Shown in pieces: positions 48,592-59,009 of a stretch of DNA of 64,000 nt. Source of the DNA: a virus (Duplodnaviria > Caudoviricetes); the IMG/VR virus record IMGVR_UViG_3300009082_000959. The stretch is one strand, 5' to 3'. Both the position numbers and the translations under genes were made by a program. The notes under the pieces are model-generated. The model saw only the letters and a list, made by a program, of their open reading frames with translations. It made no database searches and was not told the DNA's origin. Positions within the stretch are counted from its first letter, which is position 1; every line of letters begins with the position of its first letter.

Positions 48592-50283
48592 TTGGCCGGC
48601 GCTCGTGCTTTTTTAAAGGGAGTTGGAGCAAAAGGTGCACAAAAACTTGGAGTCAATACTGCAAAGACCATAGAAAATGCAGGACCAGGTGTTTTAAAAA
48701 CACTAACCAATTGGTGGGATGGCGGAATGAAACAAGCCGCCAAAGAAGCACAGGAGTTTGCCGGGAAATCATCACAAGAAATGATTCAGGCTCTTGACCC
48801 TGGATTGTTGTCTCGTGTAAGTTCTGAAACCGCAACTAGGCTAAATGCATCCTTGGCTAGCGCAAGACAAAAAATGGCAGAAACGGCGGTGAGACTTTCT
48901 GAGGAACTAACAAGAATACCAGGTGCTCCCAGATTATTGCCAGGTGTTTCTATGTCAGAGGCCAATGCTGCCAAACAGACCATTAAAAATACTGCTAATT
49001 CTGTGGCAAAACAACTAGACGAAGTAAAAAACAAAGCTGGTGCTCTTGAAGAACAAATGGAGCATATGGTTGGTGAAAACTCAAAAGATGCAGTTCAAAT
49101 GGCAACTTTTATGCGAAGTGAACTAAATTCTCTTGCATCAAAACAAGTAAAGTTAGAAAATCAATTGGTTGGGCTTGAACACGCAAAAAAGATTGTTGGA
49201 AAACTCTCTCATGTGTCTGAACTTGATAATCTACTAATTCAGAAAAAATACGACGAAATTCTAAAAAGAATGTATTCCTATGACCCAAATATTTCAAAAT
49301 GGACATCTGACTTAATGGGGCACGATGTAGCGGCTCAAGTTGAAGCAGCACGTCATTCACTGTCTGCTGCAAGCAAAAACTTAAACAAACCAAAAGCTCT
49401 TTTACAAGAATATTTGGATATGATTAATAGGGGCGATAAAGTAAATGCCGATGCCTTTAGAACAAATCCGCACAATGCCTCTGTTTTGCTAGACATAACC
49501 AAGAGACGCCCTGATTTAATGGCACAAGTAACCAAGGGAGAAATTACAAGGGTTCCGCTTAGGCAATCTTTGGTTGGTCTCACTCGTGGTGATACGGTAA
49601 AAAGGCTTGGTCTTGGTGCTGCTGGTCTAACTGCTACTGGATTTGGCGCAGTGAAAGCTTTTGACTGGTTTGGTAAAAACGATCCAGCACAAACAGCAAA
49701 AGACAGCACCTTGGTTCGTGGTTCTATTTCTTCACTACGAGTAAAGGAACCAGGCGCTTCCGTTCTTAGGTCAGCACAAAATGCCGTCACAAGAATAGGC
49801 GAAATAGCAAACAACACCAACACTCAATTGGCCCAAGAAACCACTTCTGCTTCCGCCGCAGGCAATTTTGTTACCGGAATTTCTTCAGAGCTTTCAATTT
49901 TAGTTAAGGCTCTGGAACAATGGGACCTAGTTGAACAAAATGCAGAGGACCCCCAACAAGCAAGAGAAGTTGGAGAAGATTTGGCTGAATTTGCAAACGG
50001 AATAGCTAGCAGTTTGGGTGAGTTAAATACACAAGTTGCCAGTGGTTCTGATAGCAATCCGTCAGTTGGTTCCGAGAATTTATCAAAAATTCAGGGGTTT
50101 TTAAATATACCAGTGACAGGGAAATTAGATGAACCCACCGCAACTGGATTAAAAAACCTAGAGAAGCAGTTTAATGCGAAGACAAATGACACTGCTTTTA
50201 CTGGGGCTTTAATAAAAAACGATGGAAGTGTGATATCTTATGATAATTTAATCAAAGCATATCAAAAATTACAGAATTATTAA
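48592..50283 (+). CDS. Probable internal virion protein (likely the -1 extension of 47960..48541, or a TTG start)
   Basis: Frame open upstream to 48490 and reads ..LLKKAWIGSAILAG..; glycine-rich hydrophobic segment; C-terminal PVTGKLDEPT PG-binding-like motif. Confidence 0.75.
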   Translation: MAGARAFLKGVGAKGAQKLGVNTAKTIENAGPGVLKTLTNWWDGGMKQAAKEAQEFAGKSSQEMIQALDPGLLSRVSSETATRLNASLASARQKMAETAVRLSEELTRIPGAPRLLPGVSMSEANAAKQTIKNTANSVAKQLDEVKNKAGALEEQMEHMVGENSKDAVQMATFMRSELNSLASKQVKLENQLVGLEHAKKIVGKLSHVSELDNLLIQKKYDEILKRMYSYDPNISKWTSDLMGHDVAAQVEAARHSLSAASKNLNKPKALLQEYLDMINRGDKVNADAFRTNPHNASVLLDITKRRPDLMAQVTKGEITRVPLRQSLVGLTRGDTVKRLGLGAAGLTATGFGAVKAFDWFGKNDPAQTAKDSTLVRGSISSLRVKEPGASVLRSAQNAVTRIGEIANNTNTQLAQETTSASAAGNFVTGISSELSILVKALEQWDLVEQNAEDPQQAREVGEDLAEFANGIASSLGELNTQVASGSDSNPSVGSENLSKIQGFLNIPVTGKLDEPTATGLKNLEKQFNAKTNDTAFTGALIKNDGSVISYDNLIKAYQKLQNY

Positions 50284-50290
50284 CAATAAA

Positions 50291-50304
50291 TCTATCAATA
50301 TTTT
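50291..50304 (+). promoter_or_regulatory. Putative late promoter TCTATCAATATTTT (copy 3), upstream of the capsid operon
   Basis: Intergenic copy of the recurring motif. Confidence 0.65.
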
Positions 50305-50392
50305 CTAATTAGATAAGCGGTTATTCTCTATGACCAACTAAGTTTTTCACCGAGAATTCACCCAAAAAACAAATTTTGGAGGAAATGCATAA

Positions 50393-51082
50393 ATGGCATT
50401 ATTTATTTTTCAATCAGGTCTTACACCCCTTGGTGATTTTGACTGCCTAGACACCGATCAAGCTAGTATTCTTGGTGGAGAGGTAATGTGTTTGGATGAG
50501 GCAGCTGCGGCCAATTCAGCAACTGAAAAGGCTGCTTACGATGTTTTCGATGGTTATATCGCTAATGCAGTAAGCGAAAATTCACCAACAAGAACCAGAA
50601 CCATTGCGCGTATTGCCGATGAAAGCACTGAGACCTATAATCTCTTTTATCTCTCAGATGAAGGCACTACGAGTTACGGCGTTATGTTTGGGTCAGTGAT
50701 TGGCGCTCCTGTTGGCCAATCAACTACCGGGACCAATCTTGGGCCACACACTCAGTCTGGGTCTGGCAAGGTTACTCTTTGGGGTATGGCCGGCATGTAT
50801 GGCGTGTCTTTGACCGCTTTGGCTACCGATGTAGTTCCAACCACAACTGGAGCTGGTTCAGCAGCTGTCAATCTTTATGACACTCCACTTCCCGGTGACT
50901 TGCTCTATCGTTCTACTGCTGGTCGTTTGACTCGTGCAACTGGAACATCGGACAAGATTGCCTTGTTCGTAGAGCTTACCAACAATGGTTCCTTGGTCAC
51001 TACTCCAGCTAAGTTGGTTGGTGCCGCTGAAACATTTGACCGCATCAAGATCCAGTATCTTGGCGCGACTCATAATGCGTAA
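50393..51082 (+). CDS. Probable capsid decoration/cement protein (paralog B)
   Basis: GGAGG SD; sits just before the MCP; GSGKVTLWGMAGMYGV motif shared with 41436..42128. Confidence 0.55.
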   Translation: MALFIFQSGLTPLGDFDCLDTDQASILGGEVMCLDEAAAANSATEKAAYDVFDGYIANAVSENSPTRTRTIARIADESTETYNLFYLSDEGTTSYGVMFGSVIGAPVGQSTTGTNLGPHTQSGSGKVTLWGMAGMYGVSLTALATDVVPTTTGAGSAAVNLYDTPLPGDLLYRSTAGRLTRATGTSDKIALFVELTNNGSLVTTPAKLVGAAETFDRIKIQYLGATHNA

Positions 51083-51151
51083 TTAGTTGATTAGTCTACT
51101 GGGTTTGGTCCGAACCCGAACCCAGTAGAATTTTGGAAATGGAAAGGTAAG

Positions 51152-51904
51152 ATGATAGATAGAGATACATTGTATAGACTATATGATGTTGAAGAAAAAA
51201 CGACATATGAAATTGCAGACATTTTTTCGGTTGATCGCTCCTCTGTGTGTCTTTGGTTAAAGAAATATAATATTAAAACAAGAATTGCCAAAAGAGATGA
51301 AGCAGTATTGGATAGAAAACTTACAGAAATACAAAAAAATTTTTTAATTGGCTCAATTCTTGGTGACGGACATATTACAGACAACAGAAAAACACCAGTA
51401 TATACAACAAGCCATAGTGACAAACAAAAAGAATATATCTACTGGAATTGGAAAATTTTTGGTGATTTGGGAAATGAACCTAAACTATTTAAAACCATAA
51501 ACAAAACAAATAATAAGACGTATTCATTTTATAATTTTAGAACAAAGTGTATCCCAGAGTTAAAAATATTTAGAGAAATATTTTACACAGAAAGCAGAAC
51601 AAAGATTATTCCAGAAAATATTAAAGATATTATTGTTAGTCCGTTTTCTTTTGCTGTGTGGTTAATGGAAGATGGTTCTTTTGCGAGAAGAGGAAAGCAA
51701 ACAATTTTATGCACTGATTGTTTTACATATCGAGAGCACGAAATACTTAAAGATGCTATTGAATGTAATTTTAAACTTAAAGCAAATATAATAAAATACA
51801 ACGATAGACATTTTAGGTTAAGATTTGGCGCAAGTGAAGCGCAAAAGATAAAAGAATTACTGGAAGAACACATAATAGAAAGTATGAAGTATAAAATTTT
51901 TTAG
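51152..51904 (+). mobile_element. Free-standing LAGLIDADG homing endonuclease with N-terminal HTH
   Basis: FLIGSILGDG and FAVWLMEDGS helices; TTYEIADIFSVDRSSVCLWLKK HTH. Confidence 0.88.
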
Positions 51905-51989
51905 TCGTGAGCCTGTCGGTAACAACCGACTTAAAATTTTAAAATAACTCGGCCGGTTTTCCGCTCGGGTAAAACATAGGAGTTTCTAT

Positions 51990-53015
51990 ATGAGTCTTTT
52001 TAATACCCAAGGTGAGCTAAATGCGCTTAACGATCGTGACGCACTTAGCCAAATCGTAAAATATGCTTCGATTATCCAAAATAATCAATCAGCAAGTCAG
52101 GGTCTTGCCGGCCGTCCATCTTTTACTGAAGAGCAAAAAGATGAGCTGCTTCGCAAGGCTTTGATGTCAACTGAAGGTAAGGTTGCTCTAGGTCAGGCTA
52201 TGGCTAACCCAATCCGCCGAAACTTAGATTATCAGGGTGTAGGCCGTCGGGTTCTTGTTGTAGACCCACTACCACAAGGTGCTTTGCCTGTTTACGACCG
52301 TGATATCGATGTTTCAGCCGTAGTGATTTCAAGCAACGGTTCAGCTCCAGAATCTCGCGTGTTCTCAGATCGCGTGACCATTCCTGAGTTTGAAGTTGTT
52401 TCTAATCCAACCGTTCGTATTGCTGAAGTAAAGCGACGTCGGTTTAACGTCATTGATCGTGCGCAGCAAAAAGCTCGCCAAGAAATTCAGGCCCAAGAAG
52501 ATGCTAACATTTTCGCGGCTCTAGATTTCGCTGGTGACCTAAGTCTTGGTGGCGAAAACACCGCACAGGACATCGCTGACGCTGGTCTACTTAAGCGTGA
52601 CCTCTCAGAAGTCAAAGTTCAGGTTGATCGTTGGGACCTAGTGACCTCAAAGTTCCTCATGAATATCGTTGAGTTTAACGACATTCTAAACTGGGGCTCA
52701 GGTGGTGGTCAGGCTGCCGGTTCTGGTGGTGAGTTGGACATGGTAAGCCAACGCGAAATTCTCCAGACTGGTCTTTTCGCTCACATTTGGGGCGCTGACA
52801 TTATCGTAAGCAAGGTAGTTCCAGCGGGCACAGTGTTCGGTGTTGCGGATCCAGAGTTTGTTGGTGTGATGCCTATCAGGCAAGATATAGAGGTGCTCCC
52901 CGCAGACGAGCCGAAGCAGCTTAAGTTGGGCTGGGTGGTGAATGAGATCATTGGTATCGGAATTGTGAACCCAAGAGGTGTAAGCGTTGGTCGTAAGAGC
53001 GTGACTGCCGGCTAA
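51990..53015 (+). CDS. Major capsid protein (HK97 fold)
   Basis: AGGAG SD, strong terminator after it, 341 aa; LGQAMANPIRRNLDYQGVGRRVLVVDPLPQG...PEFEVVSNP..., typical MCP position after protease and decoration genes. Confidence 0.8.
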   Translation: MSLFNTQGELNALNDRDALSQIVKYASIIQNNQSASQGLAGRPSFTEEQKDELLRKALMSTEGKVALGQAMANPIRRNLDYQGVGRRVLVVDPLPQGALPVYDRDIDVSAVVISSNGSAPESRVFSDRVTIPEFEVVSNPTVRIAEVKRRRFNVIDRAQQKARQEIQAQEDANIFAALDFAGDLSLGGENTAQDIADAGLLKRDLSEVKVQVDRWDLVTSKFLMNIVEFNDILNWGSGGGQAAGSGGELDMVSQREILQTGLFAHIWGADIIVSKVVPAGTVFGVADPEFVGVMPIRQDIEVLPADEPKQLKLGWVVNEIIGIGIVNPRGVSVGRKSVTAG

Positions 53016-53049
53016 TTGCCTGATTTAGATAGTAAAATAGAATAGCATT

Positions 53050-53082
53050 AAGGCGACCCACTGGGTCGCCTTTTTGTTTTTT
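53050..53082 (+). terminator. Rho-independent terminator after the MCP
   Basis: AAGGCGACCC-act-GGGTCGCCTT followed by a T-rich tract. Confidence 0.85.
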
Positions 53083-53244
53083 GTGTTTCGTGACGTCTGA
53101 TTCGCTCATTTTTTTGGTTCATCTGCTGGCAGACCTTGTTTAAAATAATTTAAAATTTTTCAACAATGTGCTTTAAATTTTTATTGGCTTGGCGTATTAC
53201 TATAGACAGCAGGGAATCTTTTCCCACCTAACAATGGAGACATT

Positions 53245-54777
53245 ATGAAAAAGTTTACGGACACAGAGATTTTAAATGAAATGAAAAAAATATTTGAAGA
53301 ACATGGATCTATACCTTCCATAAAAGAGTGGAGGAAACTAGGACGCATTTCGGCAGATGCAATTCTACGAGCATTCGGAACTTGGACAAAAGCGTGGCAA
53401 GCGGCAGGGTTGCTAAGCAGTGAGGGTCCTGTATATCAGATTAAAGAAAAAATGATTATTGAAATACAAAAAGCATTCATTGAATACAAAAAGGCCGGAG
53501 AAGCGTTTGGCGTTCAAGAATTAGTAAGAGCGTCTGGTCATTCTCGCCCAACCGTAGTAAAATATTTTGGGTCAGTATCAAATTTATTGAGTGCCGCCAA
53601 AATAGATATAAACAAGCAAATCACCAAAGATGACCTTATTAATGATTTTTTGGCAACCCACAAGAAACTAAGCAGAATACCTACAGCAAAAGATATAGAA
53701 AATAATTGCGAACACGCAAAATCAACTTTTCTTAGAGTATTTGGTTCTCTTGATGCGGTTATCTCTGCTGCTGGCCTTGAAAAACCAGAGGTAAAAGATG
53801 GTTTATCTGATGATGAATTATTGGAAGATCTTAAACGACTTCATGCAGAATTATCTCATACGCCAACCAATGAAGACATAATGATTCACGGAAAATTTAG
53901 TCCAAATGCTTATTCGAGAAACTTTGGTTCTTTCTCTAATGCTTTGGCTAAAATTGGTCTCTCTGCCGCCACACAAACAAAAAGTAATCAGGTTTGCCGT
54001 GTATGTGGGATTAACACAGTCTCAATGATATCACATGTGTCAAAAGATCATCCCGAAGAATTTAAAAAGCAAGAGCAGTCTGTAGTAGAATTATATCGTT
54101 CTGGACTAAGCTCAAAAAAGATTTGTGCTCGCGATGATCATATATTTATTAGTTCAACCAGCGTTGCCCGTATTATTAAAAAATACACTACGGCAGAAGA
54201 ACGAGAATTGCTTAGAAAACAGAAAATTGAAACTACTTTAAAAAAGGATTACGCCGATGGCAAATATAATTGGGTAAACGAATTAAATTCTAATCGAAAT
54301 ATATCCTCTGAGGCGCGACAAAAGAATTCCGACGGACTTAAAGAGGCTTATTTGAGTGGTGATCGCGAACCATGGAATAAAGGCGCCACCAAAGAAACGG
54401 ACCCGAGATTGGCTCTGGCTGCCATTAATACAAGTATATCTATGAAAACTCTATTTAAAGCAGGAGAGATAGACAAGAAAATAGGACCAGAAAGCAGTAG
54501 ATGGATCGAAGACCGTGGAAAGGTTGCAAAGAGATATAGGTTGGGCCTTAGTTTTAATTATGAAGAACGCTCTAATATTAAGAAAAGAGCCAACTATTGC
54601 TGTCAGCACTGCGGAATTTCACAAGAACAATTGGAAGAAAGCAACCAGACTTTGGAATGCGACCACATTATAGCTATTACAGATGGCGGGCTTAGAGATT
54701 GGGAAACCAATGGCCAAGCCCTTTGTCCAATTTGTCATTTAAAGAAAACCGCCAGTGATGCAGAAAGGTCAAAATGA
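53245..54777 (+). mobile_element. HNH endonuclease with four N-terminal homing-endonuclease-associated repeats
   Basis: Repeats like DELLEDLKRLHAELSHTPT...YSRNFGSFSNALAKIG; C-terminal CQHC...LECDHII...NGQALCPICH. Confidence 0.8.
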
Positions 54778-55406
54778 AATGTAAAAATTGTAAGAACGAA
54801 GCCACTATCGATAGGTCATTGTGCCAATCGTGTTTGGATAAAGCTCGTCTTAAGTCAGAAAAACGTAGACAGGTTTTGTTGTCTGTTGGTAAATGCATTA
54901 GTTGCGGCAAAAACAATCACTTAGAACAAAAGGAATTATGTCAAGTTTGTTTGGATAAAAAAACAATTTCATCAAAAAACAGAAAAGAAAGATATAAAAG
55001 TGAAAATAAGTGTGCAAAATGTTCTAGAACAAAATCTAATGTTGTGTTGTGGAGTAACGCTTGCTGTGCTGGATGCCATTTAAAATATAAATTTGGATTC
55101 AGCGGCACCAAAGAAGAGGCAGAAAAAATAATAAACGACTTATTGATAAAACAGAACTTTTGTTGCGCTCTTACTGGCAGGGATTTAAAAATAAACAAAT
55201 TTCATATCGATCATATAGTTTCACGCTCTACTGATCCATTAAGAATATCGGATCCAACCAATTGGCAGTTGATAGTTGAAGACGCCAATATGTTTAAAGA
55301 GACAGCATCACAAGAAACAATCATTGCTCTTGCTCGCGATATCGTTGTAAAAGCACTGCACGATGGTGTATTATGTATCGATGACATACAGAAAGGACCA
55401 AAATGA
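54774..55406 (+). mobile_element. Cys-rich HNH-like endonuclease
   Basis: Three CxxC...CxxC units; CALTGRDL...HIDHIVSR...NWQLI. Confidence 0.7.
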
Positions 55407-56521
55407 ACACTACACCTTACGACGCCACTAATTCAACTAATCCGTGGCTGATGAATAAAAAATCCACACCAATAATTGGGCCAGAGAACCTACCATTAAC
55501 AGCCGAAAATATATGGAGCAAACAGGGCCAGGACCGCATAGATTTAGTTGATTGGATTTTTAATTATTATCGGACCAAAGGTTTTCCGTATTTTAAGCTA
55601 ACCGACCAAGAATTATTTGACGAATTTCAAAATCTTAAATCAAAAGACCCTAATATTATATTTGACGGACAAATTATAAAAAACTCAAATACCGCTGGCC
55701 TTAATATCGCTAAACATTTTACCAGCGAATTATTTTACGCATCCAGAGAAAAAACAGGGAAATCGTGTATAGATGTTTTCAATGATGATGAATTATTTAA
55801 GAAAGTTCTTCAAAATCGAATGGGTTTTTGTACGAGCAAAGAAGATGGAACAGAGCGACCTTATATTTTTGCCATTGATGATGATATGATTTTGCAAGGA
55901 TTTAGATCATCCAAAATTGGGGGTGCGAGCAGTATCAGTCACTTCAAGCCTATGATTGCAAAATATATTTATGCAAAATATAATACAAAGAAAACATTAG
56001 ATTTTTCATGTGGTTGGTCGGCTCGTTGTGTGGCAGCTTTGTCGCTTGGAATAGAGTATTATGGCATTGACCCACTTACCGCAGAAAAAATAAATGAAAC
56101 TATAAAGTATTTTGGTGGAACTGGGAAATGCATAAAGGACTGTTCTGAAAGCGCTGACTATAGTGTTTTTCCGCAAGTTGATTTGTGTTTTAGTTGTTGT
56201 CCATATTTCAACATAGAAATATACAGCAACGATACAACGCAAAGCAGTAATTATGGCGACTATCAGGACTGGTTGGATAAGTATTGGAAAGCAACGGTTT
56301 TAAATTGCTACCAAAAAACTAATTATTTCGGTTTCGTTGCCATGGAAAATGTTAGAAAATTTAGTTTTTTGGCCGACCTAATGAAAATTTGTTCTGATTG
56401 TGGCGGTGTTTTGGTGGAAGATACTTTGATTTCTGCCGCACGAAGTCATTTAAGCGGTAAAAAGAAAAGTGGTCAAGTTAATAAAAAGACAGAGCATTTA
56501 GTGGTTTATAAGGTAAGGTAA
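55403..56521 (+). CDS. DNA amino-methyltransferase-like protein
   Basis: SAM-binding LDFSCGWSAR, YYGIDP, and motif-IV-like FSCCPYFNIEIY. Confidence 0.7.
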   Translation: MNTTPYDATNSTNPWLMNKKSTPIIGPENLPLTAENIWSKQGQDRIDLVDWIFNYYRTKGFPYFKLTDQELFDEFQNLKSKDPNIIFDGQIIKNSNTAGLNIAKHFTSELFYASREKTGKSCIDVFNDDELFKKVLQNRMGFCTSKEDGTERPYIFAIDDDMILQGFRSSKIGGASSISHFKPMIAKYIYAKYNTKKTLDFSCGWSARCVAALSLGIEYYGIDPLTAEKINETIKYFGGTGKCIKDCSESADYSVFPQVDLCFSCCPYFNIEIYSNDTTQSSNYGDYQDWLDKYWKATVLNCYQKTNYFGFVAMENVRKFSFLADLMKICSDCGGVLVEDTLISAARSHLSGKKKSGQVNKKTEHLVVYKVR

Positions 56522-56524
56522 TAA

Positions 56525-57247
56525 ATGTTTGAATATAATTCAAAGTATTGTATTTTAGGCATGATGTCAGCAAAAACTGTTCCTTCACCAGACTGGAAGT
56601 GGTTTAAGAAAAATAGAACCACTGCGGTTTGTTTTGATGCCAACTTTAAACCAGATTTTCCAAAAGTATCTTATTCTTATATTTACAACAAACCACCAAA
56701 ACCGATCAAATCATATAAAAGCACACAATTAACCTCCAAATTGGATGCTGGTTTTTTTGATTTGTCTGGTAAAAAATATCAAGAGATACGAGAAACACGA
56801 AACCATTTTGATAGAATTATCACAACCAGGGATTACAACAAACAAGATGTTCTCGATTTAATAGATTTTTGGGACACACATACAGGGAAACCCAAGTATA
56901 AATGGCAGTTACACTCAGGCTATGATCGTAATTTTTTTAATATTTGGTATGATCAAGAAAAGGATAATTTATTTTCCAGATTTTATTATATTGAAGACCG
57001 TATGGTGGGATATTCTATTCTTCATAAAGGCGTAGATTGCTGGGAATACTTGCTGCGTAAGGCAGACAATACATTAAGAAACACTTGTTTGTATATTGAT
57101 TATAAAACATTCGAGTCTATTTATCAGCAAGAACAACGGGATTTCTTTGTTTGTTGGGGGTCCAGTAAAGGTAGTTTATTGATTTATAAAAGAAAGTTTG
57201 GTAGTTACGACGAAAGACCAACATATTTTTATAAGATTGGTGGATAA
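56525..57247 (+). CDS. Hypothetical protein, possibly GNAT/DUF2156-like acyltransferase fold
   Basis: RMVGYSILH...EYLLRKAD...WGSSKGSLLIYKRKF loosely resembles the GNAT-type C-terminus. Confidence 0.3.
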   Translation: MFEYNSKYCILGMMSAKTVPSPDWKWFKKNRTTAVCFDANFKPDFPKVSYSYIYNKPPKPIKSYKSTQLTSKLDAGFFDLSGKKYQEIRETRNHFDRIITTRDYNKQDVLDLIDFWDTHTGKPKYKWQLHSGYDRNFFNIWYDQEKDNLFSRFYYIEDRMVGYSILHKGVDCWEYLLRKADNTLRNTCLYIDYKTFESIYQQEQRDFFVCWGSSKGSLLIYKRKFGSYDERPTYFYKIGG

Positions 57248-57248
57248 A

Positions 57249-57581
57249 ATGGGTTTTGTTCCAATCACGCAGGGTAGAAAAACAAAGAGAGCAAAGAAAC
57301 TGGATAGAGCGAGTCGTAGGTCTTGTTTGAAGGGAAAAAATAAACTAGCGAGTGCTGGTTTAGGTGATTTTTATTTTTCGCCTGGCATTTGCTGTTATGT
57401 GGCTACCAAACAAACGAACGAATGCATATTTTATATTAAAGAGGAGCGCGCAATAAACACTTTATTGAAAAGTGATTGTAAAATATACTACGAAGATGAA
57501 AAAACATGGTTTTATAACATAGAAGAATTTAGAAAATATTTATTGATATTAAAACTATCTTGTTTGGAGAAAAATGAATGA
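57249..57581 (+). CDS. Hypothetical protein
   Basis: ORF in operon context. Confidence 0.55.
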   Translation: MGFVPITQGRKTKRAKKLDRASRRSCLKGKNKLASAGLGDFYFSPGICCYVATKQTNECIFYIKEERAINTLLKSDCKIYYEDEKTWFYNIEEFRKYLLILKLSCLEKNE

Positions 57582-57849
57582 TACTATTGGCCTCAAGGCT
57601 GCCTTTGGTTTAGAGAACCTTTGTTTTTATGAAAAGGGAAGTAAAAAGCGCGGCAAATACCATTGCTTATACATTTCTGATCCAGACTCCAAACACGACA
57701 CCATACCAACAGAAGAATTGGAGTTTTTGCTGCAATCATTGTCAAGGCAACAGGGAGTAATTTATTTCGATGATTACCAAAAAACCTGCACTGGACTAGA
57801 TGAATTAAAAACACTGTTGCTAACAATTAAATTAGCTGGTCTCTACTGA
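57574..57849 (+). CDS. Hypothetical protein
   Basis: GGAG SD; overlaps the upstream stop. Confidence 0.6.
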   Translation: MNDTIGLKAAFGLENLCFYEKGSKKRGKYHCLYISDPDSKHDTIPTEELEFLLQSLSRQQGVIYFDDYQKTCTGLDELKTLLLTIKLAGLY

Positions 57850-57960
57850 TATTTCAAAAGTTGCAACTCCTTTTCGACAAACCGAATTTATTCAGACCAT
57901 ATTTAAAAATATACTAATATTTTTTGATAATGTGTATATTTTGACCAATGGTGGATCATT

Positions 57961-58254
57961 ATGACCAGAAATAGAGATAATAATTTTTTTGAAGAATTAC
58001 ATGTATCATCAACTAATTTTGTTGTTTCAGTAAGTTGGAATTTTGTTTCTGTTGGAATTGCTCTTATGATAGAGAGTAATGATGCTAATGATATAATCCA
58101 TTATTCATTTGATGGTTCTACTGTTCATGGCTCTATGCATGCCACTTTCCCATCCGAAGCCATTATATTTGATAACAGAAGCCAGTGTCAAGTCTGGTTT
58201 AAGCGGGCGTCTGGAAGCACGCCGGTTTTGGTGCGAGTTGAGGCTTGGCGGTAA
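57961..58254 (+). CDS. Small beta-rich probable virion protein
   Basis: First gene after the TACTAATA promoter-like variant; beta-strand pattern. Confidence 0.6.
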   Translation: MTRNRDNNFFEELHVSSTNFVVSVSWNFVSVGIALMIESNDANDIIHYSFDGSTVHGSMHATFPSEAIIFDNRSQCQVWFKRASGSTPVLVRVEAWR

Positions 58255-59009
58255 TGAGTCATTTCTTTGGACGAAACATCTACAAACCGGCTTTAGCGGA
58301 TTTAACAGATGTATCTGATACAGATACTCCAGCCTCTAATGATGTTCTTATTTTTAATGGAACAGAATGGGTTTTTGCTCCATACAATACTACATTTTCA
58401 TTTTCAATTGCATCATTTACCGACTCACAATCTTCAACAATTTTGATTGGAACTGGTGTTTGGAAAGCTATTGGAGCATTATCCTATACCGCTTCCTACT
58501 CTAATGGACCAGCTACTGGGGGGTACGTCTCTCACAATGGATGGACTGGAAACCTAACTTTAACCAGTACTTTCCAGGGCCCTACGGTGTCCACAGAGAA
58601 TACTAGTTACCCAGCATCTCCTGGGTCTCTTTCTTTTGTATTACATGCAGCCAAGGGAGCCGAAACTGCTACCTCCACTATCACCAGAAACTTTTACAAT
58701 TATCGTTTTTGGGGAGTAACAACAACTGCTGGTGGATATACCGAAGCAGATATTGAAGCATTTAATAGCAGCGAACTTTCCAACTTGCGGACCAAAACTT
58801 TTACTGTTGTTCCAGCTGCTGGTGAGTACATTGTCTACGCTTACCCCAGTAGATTGGGAACTGCTACGTTTTTTGTGGGAGGATTCGAAGGGGGATTTGT
58901 TGGGCCCGAAACGGTTTCTGTAACAAATTCCGCGGGCTATGTTGAAAATTACTACGCCTATTATTCAACTAATTCTGGTCTTGGAAGTACAACAGTGAGT
59001 GTAACCTAA
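58254..59009 (+). CDS. Probable tail/fibre structural protein
   Basis: LADLTDVS...NDVLIFNGTEW fibre-type repeat; Ser/Thr/Gly-rich beta domains. Confidence 0.65.
   Translation: MSHFFGRNIYKPALADLTDVSDTDTPASNDVLIFNGTEWVFAPYNTTFSFSIASFTDSQSSTILIGTGVWKAIGALSYTASYSNGPATGGYVSHNGWTGNLTLTSTFQGPTVSTENTSYPASPGSLSFVLHAAKGAETATSTITRNFYNYRFWGVTTTAGGYTEADIEAFNSSELSNLRTKTFTVVPAAGEYIVYAYPSRLGTATFFVGGFEGGFVGPETVSVTNSAGYVENYYAYYSTNSGLGSTTVSVT

Noticed and set aside
47960-50283. Conventional tail assembly chaperone G/GT frameshift before a tape measure gene
   Set aside because: The context is head/capsid genes, the next gene is decoration-like then MCP, and the proteins carry head-type tags; kept as a different kind of frameshift finding.
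51083-51990. Group I intron around the LAGLIDADG gene
   Set aside because: Flanks are only ~70 and ~85 nt, no P/Q/R/S core recognised, and neither neighbouring gene appears interrupted.
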